This document shows positions 49,732 to 59,407 of a stretch of DNA of 64,000 nucleotides, one piece after another. Below the pieces are notes generated by a model. That model was not told where the DNA came from, made no database searches, and worked only from the letters and a program-made list of their open reading frames with translations. The number at the start of each line of letters is the position of its first letter. Within the stretch, counting starts at the first letter, position 1. The stretch is from an uncultured Acidobacteriota bacterium (GTDB lineage: Bacteria > Acidobacteriota > Terriglobia > Acidiferrales > UBA7541), in contig CAWIRU010000009.1 in NCBI GenBank assembly GCA_963838705.1, forward strand, positions 737,921 to 801,920. Reading direction: 5' to 3'. The position numbers and the translations under genes are program-made.

Positions 49732-50736
49732 TTATTCCTGACACATTAAAACGATTTTTCCGCTGACGGAGGCGCGCTCGAGCAATTCGTGCGCGCGGCC
49801 TGCTTCGCGCAGCGGCAGCCTCTCTGCAACGGCGGGGCTGATGGATTTCTCTTGAAGCATGACGAGCAATCGCGAAAGATCCTCTCGAAACCAGCCGGGA
49901 TGTTTCTTCTTTTCGGTCATGATGTTGTACCAGCGCGCGGATTTTCCGGGGACGAGGCCCGCCAAGCCGAGCCACGCGAAGCTCGCCAGGGCGAGTAGCA
50001 TGTTGCGGCGCCCGTCTTCGAGAGCCGCTGACATTCCATAGCCGACAAACCGTCCGCCTGTGCCGAGTGCGCGATAGGATCGCAGCCAGTTGCGGCCTCC
50101 GATGGGATCGAATGCCGCATCGGCGCCTGCGGCGCGCTTGACGAAATCTTCGGATTTGTAATCGATGGGAATTCCCCCGAGCGAGGCCACTAAATCGTGC
50201 TTGGGCTTCGATGCAGTGCCGTACATTTTCAGGCCGATGAGCGAGCCGAGTTGCAGCGCGGCCGATCCCACTCCGCCAGCGGCTCCGTGAATCAGAACGC
50301 TTTCGCCCTGGCGCAGCTTGGCCATGCGATGGATCAATTGATATGCGGTGGTGTAGTTCAGGACGAGGCTGACGGCTTCGGCGGGATCGAGGCGGGTGGA
50401 AACTCGCACCAGTTCGGACTCGGGGAGCACGATGTAGCGCGAATATCCGCCGGTCATCGTCAGCGCGGCGACTGAATCCCCGGGCTTCCATTGCGTAACG
50501 CCGGATCCGCACGATTCAACAATGCCGACGATATCGTAACCGGGAGAATACGGCAGCGGGGGAACGCCCGAATAGAATCCGCGGCGCATCAGGACGTCGG
50601 CGAAGGCGACTCCGCACGCAAGATTCTGAACGCGAACTTCATTCGCGCCGGAATCGCGGATATCGTCTTCGATGACTTTGAAAACTTCAGGGCCGCCGAT
50701 GGCGCTGAGGACGACGCGGGTATTTTGCATTGGCAA
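49732..50736 (-). CDS. Zn-independent MDR-superfamily quinone oxidoreductase / NADPH:quinone reductase-like
   Basis: GAAGGVGSAALQLG NAD(P)-binding motif. Medium-chain dehydrogenase-like N-terminal domain. Confidence 0.75.
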   Translation of the reverse strand: MPMQNTRVVLSAIGGPEVFKVIEDDIRDSGANEVRVQNLACGVAFADVLMRRGFYSGVPPLPYSPGYDIVGIVESCGSGVTQWKPGDSVAALTMTGGYSRYIVLPESELVRVSTRLDPAEAVSLVLNYTTAYQLIHRMAKLRQGESVLIHGAAGGVGSAALQLGSLIGLKMYGTASKPKHDLVASLGGIPIDYKSEDFVKRAAGADAAFDPIGGRNWLRSYRALGTGGRFVGYGMSAALEDGRRNMLLALASFAWLGLAGLVPGKSARWYNIMTEKKKHPGWFREDLSRLLVMLQEKSISPAVAERLPLREAGRAHELLERASVSGKIVLMCQE

Positions 50737-50868
50737 ACATATTAGCCTAAAGCAGAGCGTTTGGATGTGTCGCGTCCCGATAGCTCGTTCGGAACGGACT
50801 GGCGCATTAAGGTGCGGACGGTTCCCGACGTGTCGGCAATCAAAAAATCTGCGCGGCGCCTAATCTCG

Positions 50869-52515
50869 TTAGGGAGTGGTTTTCTTTTTGCCGAGAAGGC
50901 CGCCGACGGCGCCACCGAGTTTTGTCACGCCTGTGTCGCCGAGCGCCGCACCTGCCTCCGATTTCATGATTCCGCCGACGTCGGGAACGAATTTCGGATC
51001 AGACGTGGTGCCTTCGATTGAGAAAGGTATGCCGGCGTTCTTGCCGCTCTTGGCGGTGAGAAGACTCGCCGCGCCGCCACTCAAAATCGCGCGCATTTTG
51101 AAGTTGAGTGAACTATCGGCGCCGACGGTCCCGCCGCCGGTCAACTCGCCGATGCCGGACGCGACCGCGTCGAGGTTTGAAATCTGGATCCCCTCCTGCG
51201 CCACGCGAAGATCGGTATTCATTTTCTCGATCGTCGTGTCCGACGTTTTCGGCAGGCCCGCGAACGAGCCGAGCGCGGACATTTTCGAGCCGATATCGAA
51301 ACCGGTGAGCTTCGCATTCAATAGGCTCACGTGTCCCGTCGTGACGAATTGGTTCGTCGGTCCTGCGGCGACCAGATTCATGCCGAGCGTGCCGCTCTGC
51401 AGGGACGCTCCCTTCGGTAACACCACGCCGAGTGTCGGCAGAATGCCTTCGAGATCCTTGACGGGCATGTTCTGGCCTTCGATTTTCAGGTTGAGCACCG
51501 GCGCCTTCCCTTTCAGGTCGTAGGTACCCGAAAGATGGGATACGGCGGTACCGATTTTGACGGTGCTAGGATTCAGAACGCCTTCGCTCTTTTTCAAATC
51601 GTAGTTAGATCCAAAACTGATTTCGATGGGCACGGTAGCGGGCGAACTATTTTTGACGAATTTCATTTTGTTGAGATTCACGGTGCCTTGAGTCTGGGCT
51701 TCGCCGGCTTTGGAGGACAGGGTGGTATCGAAATCGACGAAGCCGCCGATTCCTGCGCTCGCGTCGACGAGGCCAGCGCTCGCGAGATCGAGGCCGCTGA
51801 TAGTCAGCTTCGCATCGATGGGGCTCATCGCCGCGTCGGAGGCATCGACAGGCCCGACTTTGCCGTCGAGTTTCAGATTGCCACCGCCGGGGAGCTTGAT
51901 CGTGAGCATCATGGGAAATTGGGAGGTCATCGCGACGCCGGAGGCGGTCAAATTGACGCTGTCGTAGACGCTGCGCTCGGGCGAATTCGTCGAGCCGATG
52001 GTAAGGCGGCCATCCTTCAGCTCGAGCTTGTCGACAACGAGATTGGGCTCGCTTCCGTCTGCTTGCGGAGGAGGCGCGGGCGCATTATGCGCGGCGGCTG
52101 ATGTAGGAGCGGCCGAAATGCCGCTCGCGCCGAGCGATGAAAAATTCCAGCGGCCTTCCGGATTTTTTAGGAGAATTACTTCGGGGCTTTCGATCGTAAC
52201 GCCAGTGATGTGGAGCGCGCGCGAGAAAATCAGCGGCAGAAGATCGACGCCGACCTTAAATGATTTTGCTGTCAGGAATGCCAATTTGCTGAACGCCGGA
52301 TCGTCGGAGATCGATAGATTGTCCGCGGAGAGCGAGCCCGAAAAAATCGAGAGGCTGAGGTCGCCGACCTGGACTTGACGCCCGAGAGCGGAGGACAGCT
52401 TTGATTCGATCGTTGGGCGGAAGCCGTTGACGCTGATGACGAACGGGAGAATGAGAACGATGACGACCAACACGGCAACGGCAATGAGGATATAGCGCAG
52501 ATTGCCCTTCATGGT
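50869..52515 (-). CDS. AsmA-family outer-membrane biogenesis protein
   Basis: N-terminal anchor MKGNLRYILIAVAVLVVIVLIL followed by a long Gly/Ser/Thr-rich beta-rich region typical of the AsmA/TamB-like family. Confidence 0.6.
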   Translation of the reverse strand, partial: TMKGNLRYILIAVAVLVVIVLILPFVISVNGFRPTIESKLSSALGRQVQVGDLSLSIFSGSLSADNLSISDDPAFSKLAFLTAKSFKVGVDLLPLIFSRALHITGVTIESPEVILLKNPEGRWNFSSLGASGISAAPTSAAAHNAPAPPPQADGSEPNLVVDKLELKDGRLTIGSTNSPERSVYDSVNLTASGVAMTSQFPMMLTIKLPGGGNLKLDGKVGPVDASDAAMSPIDAKLTISGLDLASAGLVDASAGIGGFVDFDTTLSSKAGEAQTQGTVNLNKMKFVKNSSPATVPIEISFGSNYDLKKSEGVLNPSTVKIGTAVSHLSGTYDLKGKAPVLNLKIEGQNMPVKDLEGILPTLGVVLPKGASLQSGTLGMNLVAAGPTNQFVTTGHVSLLNAKLTGFDIGSKMSALGSFAGLPKTSDTTIEKMNTDLRVAQEGIQISNLDAVASGIGELTGGGTVGADSSLNFKMRAILSGGAASLLTAKSGKNAGIPFSIEGTTSDPKFVPDVGGIMKSEAGAALGDTGVTKLGGAVGGLLGKKKTTP

Positions 52516-52704
52516 GACCCTCCGGAAAATGTCGCGGTGGCTTGCCGCGAATTGCTGGCGCATTCTAGCACAGGCGCGGGATTAACTTTCTTGGCGAGGC
52601 GACGACGTGAATGCGGCCTGCGCACTCTGGCCCCGGGACAAAGAGACGAAGTTTCGCGAGAACGCAGCTTTACATTCATGAAGTGCGGCGATACTTTTTG
52701 ATGA

Positions 52705-53406
52705 GTGAAAGCTACGAACTGGGAATTTGCGAACCGAGCGATGGTGTTCGGGCTGATATTTGCCATCACATTTCCGTTGTACGCATTCGATCAACAAAAT
52801 TCAACGGCGACGCTGGCCAATTGGCTTGGCGGAAGGCTGCATTGGGATGCTGAGTTTATCCTGCGTGTCCTGTTCGCGTTCGCCGCTGTCCTGCTCGTGG
52901 TGGCCGCCTTCATCCGCACGTGGGCGTCGTCGTATCTTCAGGCGTCAGTGGTGTATGCGTCCGAAGTGAAGAGTGCGTCGCTGATTGCGGATGGGCCTTA
53001 CCGCTACGTACGCAATCCACTTTATTTCGCCAATGTGCTGATGATCATCGCCGTGGGCAGCATGATGAGCCGGCTTGGATTCGTGGTGGCAGTGGTGGCG
53101 ATGCTGGTGTTCTGCTACCGGCTGATCTTTCGCGAGGAATCTGAACTTCAGGCGAGCCAGGGTCAAAAGTTCGCGGAATACCGCAAAGCCGTGCCGCGCC
53201 TGTGGCCCTCGCCGTGGCCGCGCATCGCTTCCGCTGGACGTCATGCCAAGTGGAGCGAAGGTTTTAAGGCAGAATCGTGGTACTGGGGATTCGCGGCGTC
53301 GCTGATTGCCTATGCGATCACACTAAAACTTTGGATCTTTTTTGCGATTTTGGCGGCAAGCTTGATCTTGTTCTGGCTGACCTCAATGCGGGGCCAAAAG
53401 AAATAA
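52705..53406 (+). CDS. Second ICMT/PEMT-family membrane methyltransferase
   Basis: GPYRYVRNPLYFANVL motif plus EESELQASQGQKFAEYRKAVPRL. Multi-TM. Confidence 0.65.
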   Translation: MKATNWEFANRAMVFGLIFAITFPLYAFDQQNSTATLANWLGGRLHWDAEFILRVLFAFAAVLLVVAAFIRTWASSYLQASVVYASEVKSASLIADGPYRYVRNPLYFANVLMIIAVGSMMSRLGFVVAVVAMLVFCYRLIFREESELQASQGQKFAEYRKAVPRLWPSPWPRIASAGRHAKWSEGFKAESWYWGFAASLIAYAITLKLWIFFAILAASLILFWLTSMRGQKK

Positions 53407-53511
53407 AGCGTGCGAGTGTGGCCGCGTCACGATATGGCCAGCTGATGTTTGTGGCCGCGCACGACCCGGCGAAGTCGCAGGTGGGATTATTGAGGGTGTG
53501 GCTAAAGCCGC

Positions 53512-53847
53512 TTAGTCGTAGAGATGAATTTCGATTTCGTCGTTTTCTTCTGCGGAGGCGTCGGGCTCGGCGTTGGGCTCAGGCTGCTCGGCAAACGAAT
53601 TCCTGCGACTGTAGGCCAGCCCCATGATTCCGGCGAAGATCAGCATGGGCGGAAAGAGCATGATGAGAATGCCGTGGCGCAGGGCGGCGATTAGTTTCGC
53701 ACCGGACGAGGCCGCGCTCTGATAGCACATCGCGCAGCCTTGCGCGTAAAGGGCCGAAGGGCTCAAAAAAAGAACGCACAGCGACGAAACTCCTCGTGCG
53801 AGACTTCCGAGGCGGGACTGCTCGTGCCTGGCAGACTTGCTCTTCAT
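53512..53847 (-). CDS. Small membrane protein with a signal peptide, a CxxC motif (QGCAMCYQ), one TM helix and an acidic tail, located downstream of coxD
   Basis: Trimmed to the internal start MKSKSARHEQ. The longer ORF is antisense-overlapping and GC-driven. Confidence 0.4.
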   Translation of the reverse strand: MKSKSARHEQSRLGSLARGVSSLCVLFLSPSALYAQGCAMCYQSAASSGAKLIAALRHGILIMLFPPMLIFAGIMGLAYSRRNSFAEQPEPNAEPDASAEENDEIEIHLYD

Positions 53848-53924
53848 TTTCGAATTATCTATGTTTGAGCCGGCAAACACAAGCGCCAGTCCACCCACGC
53901 GCGTTGATTCAACCGTCTCGTCAG

Positions 53925-54224
53925 TTATTTCAGCAAGCTCATGCTCGCCATTCGAAACGCGTCCGGCCAGATATGGTCCATCATGAATAACACAAAAATC
54001 AGGATCGGTACCAAGGACCAGAACAGCTTCGAGTTTTCGTACTTGAGGTGCATGAAATACATCACACCGAGTCCGGCTTCGATGAATGCGAGGCCCAGAA
54101 GGTACACTAGGAGAGTGCGAGCGGGAGGGTGTTGAAGCGTCAGCACCACCTCGATTCCCACGATTACGAGAAGTCCGATCCAAATCGCGACGTCGAATTT
54201 CATGCCCGGCACTTGATTCGACAT
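53925..54224 (-). CDS. coxD: Cytochrome c oxidase subunit IV (bacterial CtaF/CoxD-like)
   Basis: About 99-aa three-TM protein directly downstream of subunit III (FDVAIWIGLLVIVGIEVVLTL). Confidence 0.6.
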   Translation of the reverse strand: MSNQVPGMKFDVAIWIGLLVIVGIEVVLTLQHPPARTLLVYLLGLAFIEAGLGVMYFMHLKYENSKLFWSLVPILIFVLFMMDHIWPDAFRMASMSLLK

Positions 54225-54257
54225 GACTGCTTCCTCCCCTTCTGGTCCAGCCTCACC

Positions 54258-54881
54258 TCAGCGGGTGTTCATAAGATAAAGCAACGGGAAGACGAACATC
54301 CAAACGATATCGACGAAGTGCCAGTAGAGTCCGGTGGTTTCGATATGGTTCGCGTCCAGCCGTTTGCTGCTATAGCCGAGGGCGATCACGGCGAGGGCGG
54401 CGACTCCGGAAATCACGTGCAGCAGGTGAAGCCCGGTGATGCCAAAAAAAGTCGCCCCAAATTGCGGATCCCCACCCATCGGATTCGAGTGCAGACCCCA
54501 GCCTTCATGAAACATCTTGAACCACTCGCGTATGTGGAGCGTGGCGAAAATCGCGCCGAGCAGCATAGTCATTCCGAGCCAGCGGAAGACCTTCGGCCTA
54601 TTATCGGCCTTCGCGGCCGCTACGGCGGCGAGCATCGTCAGGCTGCTCGTTAGTAGGATGAACGTCATGATCAATCCATTGACGAGGGTCGGCGAAAACT
54701 CGAACGGCGTGGTCCAGTTCAAGCTCCCGATTCGCAGAAAACCATATCCGAAAAGAAGTGCTGCAAACGTAACTGCGTCGGAGGCAATAAAAAGCCATAT
54801 CGTCAACTTTTTCGATTGAATGCCAAAGGGAGACGCTTCCATCAGGGCTCCGTGCCCTTCTCCCATCGTTGAATCGCTCAC
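54258..54881 (-). CDS. coxC: Cytochrome c oxidase subunit III
   Basis: TIWLFIASDAVTFAALLFGY and GITGLHLLHVISG...YWHFVDIVWMFVFPLLY are COX3 signatures. Confidence 0.85.
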   Translation of the reverse strand: MSDSTMGEGHGALMEASPFGIQSKKLTIWLFIASDAVTFAALLFGYGFLRIGSLNWTTPFEFSPTLVNGLIMTFILLTSSLTMLAAVAAAKADNRPKVFRWLGMTMLLGAIFATLHIREWFKMFHEGWGLHSNPMGGDPQFGATFFGITGLHLLHVISGVAALAVIALGYSSKRLDANHIETTGLYWHFVDIVWMFVFPLLYLMNTR

Positions 54882-54912
54882 GGCTCCTCCCTCAGTCTTC
54901 TCTTCCGAGATC

Positions 54913-56694
54913 CTAAGTCTTCTGCTCTACCTTTTCGGGCGACACCTGCATCTCGTAATCGCCACTGGAACCTTCCACGTCGTAGTCCATCGGGCCGTGG
55001 TAGACCGTAAGATGGCGCCCGCCGAAATTATCGAACGGCGGCGGCGAAGAGGTCGACCACTCGAGTGAGGTCGCTTCCCAAGGATTGTCCGACGCCTTCG
55101 GTCCCCAGAAACGCGAGTAGACCAAGTTGTACAGGAAAATAAATTGGGCCGCTCCGGTCAAAAGAGCGGCGATGGTGATGAACTTGTGAACCGGGATCAG
55201 CGGTATCAGGAAGTTATCGGTAAACGCCGCATACCGCCGGACATTACCGGCCAGTCCCAGATAATGCATCGGCATGAAGATGGCATAAACGCCGATAAAA
55301 GTTAGCCAGAAGTGCCATTTACCCAGCGTCTCGTTCATCATGCGGCCGAACATCTTCGGAGCCCAGAAGTAGGTGCCTGCAAAGATCGCGAAGATGGCCG
55401 CGACTGCCATCACGAAGTGGAAGTGAGCGACGACGAAATACGTCGCATGTAAGTAGATGTCAATGGAAGGCTGCGCCAGAAAGAATCCGCTGATGCCGCC
55501 GCTGATGAATACAGAGACGAAGCCAAGGCAGAAAAGCGCTGGCGTGGTAAATCGGATCCTGGCGCCATAAATCGAACCCAGCCACATGAGCGTAGCCACT
55601 GTCGCCGGAATTGTGATGAGCAGCGTCGGCACCGAAAACAACAGCGCCGAGAACGGATTCATGCCGCTCAGGAACATGTGATGTCCCCAAACCATGTAGC
55701 TCAAGAAGGCGATGGCGATCATGCAGCCGAGAAGCACGCGCGAGCCTCCGAGCAACGGCTTCCGCGTGAACGTCGGCAGAATGTGGGAAATGATTCCGAT
55801 GGCCGGCAGGATGGCGATGTAAACCTCCGGATGACCGAAGAACCAAAAGAGGTGCTGCCAAAGCAGCGGAGAGCCTCCCGAATGAGCCTGAAGATTATCG
55901 CTGACCACCAGGCCACCGGGAATGAAAAAGCTCGTCCCGGCAGTCTTATCAAGAATCAAGAGAATGCAGGCGGGAAGAAGAACGGCGAACGCGAGCAATC
56001 CTATGCAGGCCGTGACGAACCATGCCCACGTGGAGAGCGGCATCCGCATCAGCGTCATGCCCTTTGTGCGCAAGTCCAGCGTGGTGGAGATAAAATTGAG
56101 CGAACCGAGCAACTGTCCGATGCAAAAGATTCCGATGGCCGCCGCCCAGAGCGTCTGTCCGAGAGCCTGGCCGGGCCCGGCGTCCTTGCCAACGGCGCTC
56201 AGCGGCGCGTACGACGTCCAACCCGCGATCGGAGGGCCGTCGGCCACAAAGAACGCCGTGATCAGCACCAGGAACGCGACCAAAGTCACCCAGAACGACA
56301 TCATATTGAAGCGCGGGAACGCCATATCCTCCGCACCGATTTGAATGGGCAGGAAGTAGTTGCCGAACCCCGCGAACGGTGCATTCGTGAGGACGAAGAA
56401 CACCATGATGGTTCCATGCATCGTCATCAGCGACAGGTAGTATTCCGGCGTGACAACGCCGCCCGGCGCGCCGTTTGGCGACAGCTTATCGAGAAGTGGA
56501 ATCGCGAGCGTTGGCCATCCCAGATGGAGACGCATCAGCCAGGAGAGCACCATTCCGATAAACACGGCCACGAGCGCCAATCCGTAGTACTGCAGCCCGA
56601 TCACCTTATGGTCGAGGCTGAACACGTGTTTCCGGATGAAACTCGAAGGCGGTGTGAGGTGATGTACTGCGGCTTCCGACTGAATGTTATCCAT
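54913..56694 (-). CDS. coxA: Cytochrome c oxidase subunit I (heme-copper oxidase, A-family)
   Basis: WFFGHPEVYI, HHMF and GMPRR-type motifs. 12 TM helices. Confidence 0.9.
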   Translation of the reverse strand: MDNIQSEAAVHHLTPPSSFIRKHVFSLDHKVIGLQYYGLALVAVFIGMVLSWLMRLHLGWPTLAIPLLDKLSPNGAPGGVVTPEYYLSLMTMHGTIMVFFVLTNAPFAGFGNYFLPIQIGAEDMAFPRFNMMSFWVTLVAFLVLITAFFVADGPPIAGWTSYAPLSAVGKDAGPGQALGQTLWAAAIGIFCIGQLLGSLNFISTTLDLRTKGMTLMRMPLSTWAWFVTACIGLLAFAVLLPACILLILDKTAGTSFFIPGGLVVSDNLQAHSGGSPLLWQHLFWFFGHPEVYIAILPAIGIISHILPTFTRKPLLGGSRVLLGCMIAIAFLSYMVWGHHMFLSGMNPFSALLFSVPTLLITIPATVATLMWLGSIYGARIRFTTPALFCLGFVSVFISGGISGFFLAQPSIDIYLHATYFVVAHFHFVMAVAAIFAIFAGTYFWAPKMFGRMMNETLGKWHFWLTFIGVYAIFMPMHYLGLAGNVRRYAAFTDNFLIPLIPVHKFITIAALLTGAAQFIFLYNLVYSRFWGPKASDNPWEATSLEWSTSSPPPFDNFGGRHLTVYHGPMDYDVEGSSGDYEMQVSPEKVEQKT

Positions 56695-56781
56695 TTGCCG
56701 ACCTCGTAGAAAAGGTCTTCATGGCCAGCCGCGCACCTGCACGGCAGCGCACGAGCACAAAGTCTGCTGCTACTGCTACTG

Positions 56782-57579
56782 CTACTGCGACTGCGACTTC
56801 AGCCATTGATCAAATTGATCCTGCGGCAACACCTCGAGAAATGCCCTCATGCCGTAGTGCCCGAGGCCGCAGAGTTGGGTGCAAACGATTTCGAACTTTC
56901 CCGTTTTCGTCGCCGTGAAATGAATCGGAATATCGAGTCCGGGAACGATATCCTGCTGGACCCGGAGCTCCGGGACGTAGAAATTATGAATCATGTCTTT
57001 CGAATGCATCGTCAGCAAGATGGGTTTGTTGACCGGCACGGTCAGCGATCCGACAATGATGTCGTCCCGGGCGGCAACGTCGTTCGCGGGATCGAGACCG
57101 AAATAGTTGCCGTTTCCGTCGCTAATCTTGTCGGGATGAATCTGGCCGAATTGCCCATCCGGCCCGGGATAGCGGAAGTAAAAGGCAAACTGCTCGGCCT
57201 GCACATCCACATGAAGCGCGTCTGGGGGAGCGGGAACGAAATACACGTCCGCCCAGACTTTGGAGCCCACGAACGAAAGCGCCAAAATTTCCAGACCAAC
57301 GATAGCGATTCCCGCAACCACCAGCGGCGTCGAGCCGCCGGGAAAGTACTTGATCTTGCGCGGCGTCTTCGTGTCTCCGTACTGCCATGCGAAGATACCC
57401 AAAATGATCTGAGAAAGGACGAACAATATACCGGCCTCAACCATCGTTTCGTTGAGCTGATGATCGATGCGCTGGCCGAGTGCAGTGATCGGTTCAGGCG
57501 GCCACCAGGTATGCGCGACGATGAAGTAGGCTGAAACAAGCGTGATGATGATCACGACTACCGCAAAAAGTTTCCCCAT
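56782..57579 (-). CDS. coxB: Cytochrome c oxidase subunit II (CuA cupredoxin domain, no fused cytochrome c)
   Basis: CuA site H-x34-CTQLCGLGHYGM. Two N-terminal TM helices. Confidence 0.85.
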   Translation of the reverse strand: MGKLFAVVVIIITLVSAYFIVAHTWWPPEPITALGQRIDHQLNETMVEAGILFVLSQIILGIFAWQYGDTKTPRKIKYFPGGSTPLVVAGIAIVGLEILALSFVGSKVWADVYFVPAPPDALHVDVQAEQFAFYFRYPGPDGQFGQIHPDKISDGNGNYFGLDPANDVAARDDIIVGSLTVPVNKPILLTMHSKDMIHNFYVPELRVQQDIVPGLDIPIHFTATKTGKFEIVCTQLCGLGHYGMRAFLEVLPQDQFDQWLKSQSQ

Positions 57580-57691
57580 GACGTTTTCGGCCTCTCAGCG
57601 CCCACAAGTGCAACCACAGGACGGCCGTGAGAGTACGCCGCCTCCTTCATATCGAATACGCTGAACTTATCCGCCCGGGTGAAACGACGGC

Positions 57692-58417
57692 TCAATACAA
57701 GTACGGCGTCACCTTAAAGGAAAAATTGGCGGCTTTCGTCTCGCCCGCCGCTACCGTGACGTCCTGGTTCTGAAAGCCATACTGCTCTTGCCAGGCCGTG
57801 ACGGTGTATTTGCCCGGCGCGAGTCCGGTCAAGCTGAAAGAGCCGTCCTGACCGGTAATCGCGTAGTGCGGAGTCTTCAGCACGACGAAGTAGCCGTGCA
57901 TCCACGGATGGATGTTGCACTTCACTGGAATGAATTCAGCCTTATCCCACTTCGTGTCGATTGGGGGCGTCCCTGGGGGCTGTGATTTATTCCACTCCGA
58001 GTTTAGCTTCGGCATGGGATGGATGTTGTGGGCGACCGGGTCGTCGTTGGAGATGGTCAGCGGCTGACCCACTTCCATCGCGAGAACATGCGGCACGTAC
58101 GTGCAGCCCTTCTGGTCATATTTCACGCTTTGGGAAGGCGGCGTGGTTTCGTTGCCGGCGCCCGCCGAAATGTAAACCACCACGTATTGAAGAGCGTCCC
58201 CCGGGCCGGTCGTCACCGTCTGAACCAATTCGGGTGGGTTGTGTTCCTTGGCGCACACCGGCTCTTTCGACATGTCGATCGGCTTCATTTTCGGCGGGGT
58301 CCCCGTGTAGGTAACTTTGCCTTGGATGGTGGCTGTGCCTGCCGGCGGACCGGCAAGGACCACCATCGCGGAACCAGCAATAACTACCAATGCCAGACTA
58401 AGAAGATATTTGCGCAT
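57692..58417 (-). CDS. Secreted cupredoxin (amicyanin-like C-x2-H-x2-M type-1 Cu site) with a CarbopepD_reg-like C-terminal domain. It occupies the position of rusticyanin or ORF1 in a rus-like operon.
   Basis: Signal peptide. VAHNIHP (His ligand) and KCNIHPWMHGY (Cys/His/Met ligands). C-terminal GSFSLTGLAPGKYTVTAW beta-sandwich. Confidence 0.65.
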   Translation of the reverse strand: MRKYLLSLALVVIAGSAMVVLAGPPAGTATIQGKVTYTGTPPKMKPIDMSKEPVCAKEHNPPELVQTVTTGPGDALQYVVVYISAGAGNETTPPSQSVKYDQKGCTYVPHVLAMEVGQPLTISNDDPVAHNIHPMPKLNSEWNKSQPPGTPPIDTKWDKAEFIPVKCNIHPWMHGYFVVLKTPHYAITGQDGSFSLTGLAPGKYTVTAWQEQYGFQNQDVTVAAGETKAANFSFKVTPYLY

Positions 58418-58483
58418 GCAGCGCCTCCATCTCGTGTCAAAAAAATCGCGTGTTAGAAACCTCCAGCTGCGATTGTTCGATCC

Positions 58484-59404
58484 TTACTGTCCGGACCCTG
58501 GAGCCGCCTCGGGACCAATGGGCTTGAGCTCCTTGGGATGCTGTTGCAGCCATTGGTTAAAGGTTACGTATTCCGGCGGTTTCAGCGACGTCATTAGCGT
58601 TCTCAAGAAGTGAACGAGATCCCAGGCTTGGTCGGGCGTGATCACTCCGGCAAATGAGGGCATCGGAGACCCATCGAGGCCGGTCATGAAGATGCGGTAG
58701 AGGTCCGTGTTTGTCGTCCCGCACATGAACCGGTCGCCGGTGGCGAAGTTATACGGCTTGATAGGGAATCCTTTATCATCGGTGAGCGTTGATGCAGAGG
58801 GACCGTCGCCGCGACCTGCCGGCCCATGACATTTCCAGCACTCGTTCTTCTGGAAGAGTTCGCGACCGCGCAGAATGCTTTCGATTGTGGGCGGCGGCTC
58901 AGCCGGGATCTGAATCGGCGTGCCAGGCTTCTCCGTCTGCCATCTCGGCGAGAACGATTTGACCATCGCCACGAGATTCGCTCGCAGATCAGGTCCGAGC
59001 GGACGCCAAGACGGCATGTTGGTGGTGACAAAGCCGCGAGTGATCGCGTTGAACAAATCGTCATCCGTAGGCAGGGTACCAGTAGGAGTCGAGCGGCACT
59101 TGAAAATCGCCTCCGTGAAGTCACGGGGCTTGGGATCAATCCACTGCGCGTTTTCGCCAGTGCCGTCACCCATCGGGCCGTGGCATCCAACGCAGTAACG
59201 CCGGTAGAGTTGCGCTCCAGAATTGACAATTCCGTAAGCGTGTCCGGTCATGCCGTCGACGTGGCTCTGTTCCGTTGTCGTTACCGGCTGAATGTTATGG
59301 TCAATTTGCGCGAAGCAAGGAGTCCCGGCCGCGAGAAAGCAAAGCAAAGCCACGCCGGAGAAGAATGCCACCACTGTGTTTTTCATTCTCATTGGAGGCC
59401 TCAT
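58484..59404 (-). CDS. Diheme c-type cytochrome (c4/Cyc1-like by position)
   Basis: Signal peptide. Two CxxCH motifs (CVGCHGPMG, CWKCHGPAG). Confidence 0.8.
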   Translation of the reverse strand: MRPPMRMKNTVVAFFSGVALLCFLAAGTPCFAQIDHNIQPVTTTEQSHVDGMTGHAYGIVNSGAQLYRRYCVGCHGPMGDGTGENAQWIDPKPRDFTEAIFKCRSTPTGTLPTDDDLFNAITRGFVTTNMPSWRPLGPDLRANLVAMVKSFSPRWQTEKPGTPIQIPAEPPPTIESILRGRELFQKNECWKCHGPAGRGDGPSASTLTDDKGFPIKPYNFATGDRFMCGTTNTDLYRIFMTGLDGSPMPSFAGVITPDQAWDLVHFLRTLMTSLKPPEYVTFNQWLQQHPKELKPIGPEAAPGSGQ

Positions 59405-59407
59405 CCC

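Noticed and set aside
53512-54183. 223-aa ORF overlapping the coxD region
   Set aside because: Its first about 112 codons overlap coxD in another frame and are Arg/Ser-rich noise. Only the C-terminal 111-aa signal-peptide/TM protein is plausible.
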